Source: Utricularia gibba (Eukaryota; Plantae; Magnoliophyta). From it: a stretch of DNA of 64,000 bases. The stretch covers positions 1,364,001-1,428,000 of the forward strand of contig NEEC01000018.1 in NCBI GenBank assembly GCA_002189035.1. Direction: 5' to 3'. The position numbers and the translations under genes were made by a program. Positions 63,566 through 64,000 of the stretch are shown piece by piece. Every line of letters begins with the position of its first letter. Within the stretch, counting starts at the first letter, position 1. The notes below the pieces were generated by a model. The model saw only the letters and a list, made by a program, of their open reading frames with translations, was not told where the DNA came from and searched no databases.

Positions 63566-64000
63566 ATGGCAGAGGACACGACTTCACCGTCCTACTGGTT
63601 GAACTGGCGATTCTTGCTTTGCGCGATATGGGTTTTGTTGGCGGTGGCCGCATCCTTATTCATTATATGGAGAAGCGAGCGGAGGGGAAAAACCAGAAGC
63701 TGCGGGAACGGGAATCAGCCGTTGCTATGGGTATTGTATGAGGGCGAAACTTGGGGAACTTGTCTCAGATCAGTTCATCCAATTTGGCTTCTTGTATACC
63801 GTTTTCTTGCTTTCTGCCTCTCCTTAGCTCTTGTTGCTGCTGATATTGCTGCACACGGTCTCCGTGTATTCTATTTTTACACGGAGTAAGTTTATTAGAT
63901 TTTCATCTGGTTTAAATTTTCTCTTTTGTTGTGTTTTGCCTGGTCAATAAGAGATTTTTAGCCTTCATGTATGTTTTGTTGTGGAGCAGGTGGACTTTTA
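63566..64000 (+). CDS. Uncharacterised multi-pass membrane protein (5' part; gene runs off the right edge)
   Basis: MAEDTTSPSYWLNWRFLLCAIWV...WGTCLRSVHPIWLLVYRFLAF...FYFYTE|WTF; exon 1 63566-63885 and exon 2 from 63990. Confidence 0.82.

Overview
Gene-dense eudicot nuclear DNA with short introns and AT-rich spacers; the species cannot be identified from the sequence. I hand-spliced about 26 protein-coding loci. In order: XCT (5' end), a plastid triosephosphate isomerase pseudogene, two intact SAURs plus a SAUR pseudogene, a tandem pair of UGT708-type C-glycosyltransferases (one intact, one frameshifted), a group I bZIP, an unidentified GC-rich stop-interrupted ORF with a TIR-like motif, a subgroup-4 R2R3-MYB repressor, a USP-domain kinase, an F-group zinc-sensor bZIP, a BOI/BRG RING E3 with an early nonsense codon, mitochondrial IF3, PP2C.D, CPP1/CDF1-like, F-box SKIP23-like, RopGEF, UXT/prefoldin, RRG/DUF155, NUDX1, HDDC2-like, SOFL, a 56-aa small ORF missed by the ORF track, 6-phosphogluconolactonase, CYC/TB1 TCP12-like, and the 5' end of a membrane protein. 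Also present are Tourist-like MITEs and a tRNA-derived SINE-like remnant. Several otherwise intact genes carry single-base deletions in homopolymers, which may be assembly error. Family assignments rest on recalled motifs, not database searches.
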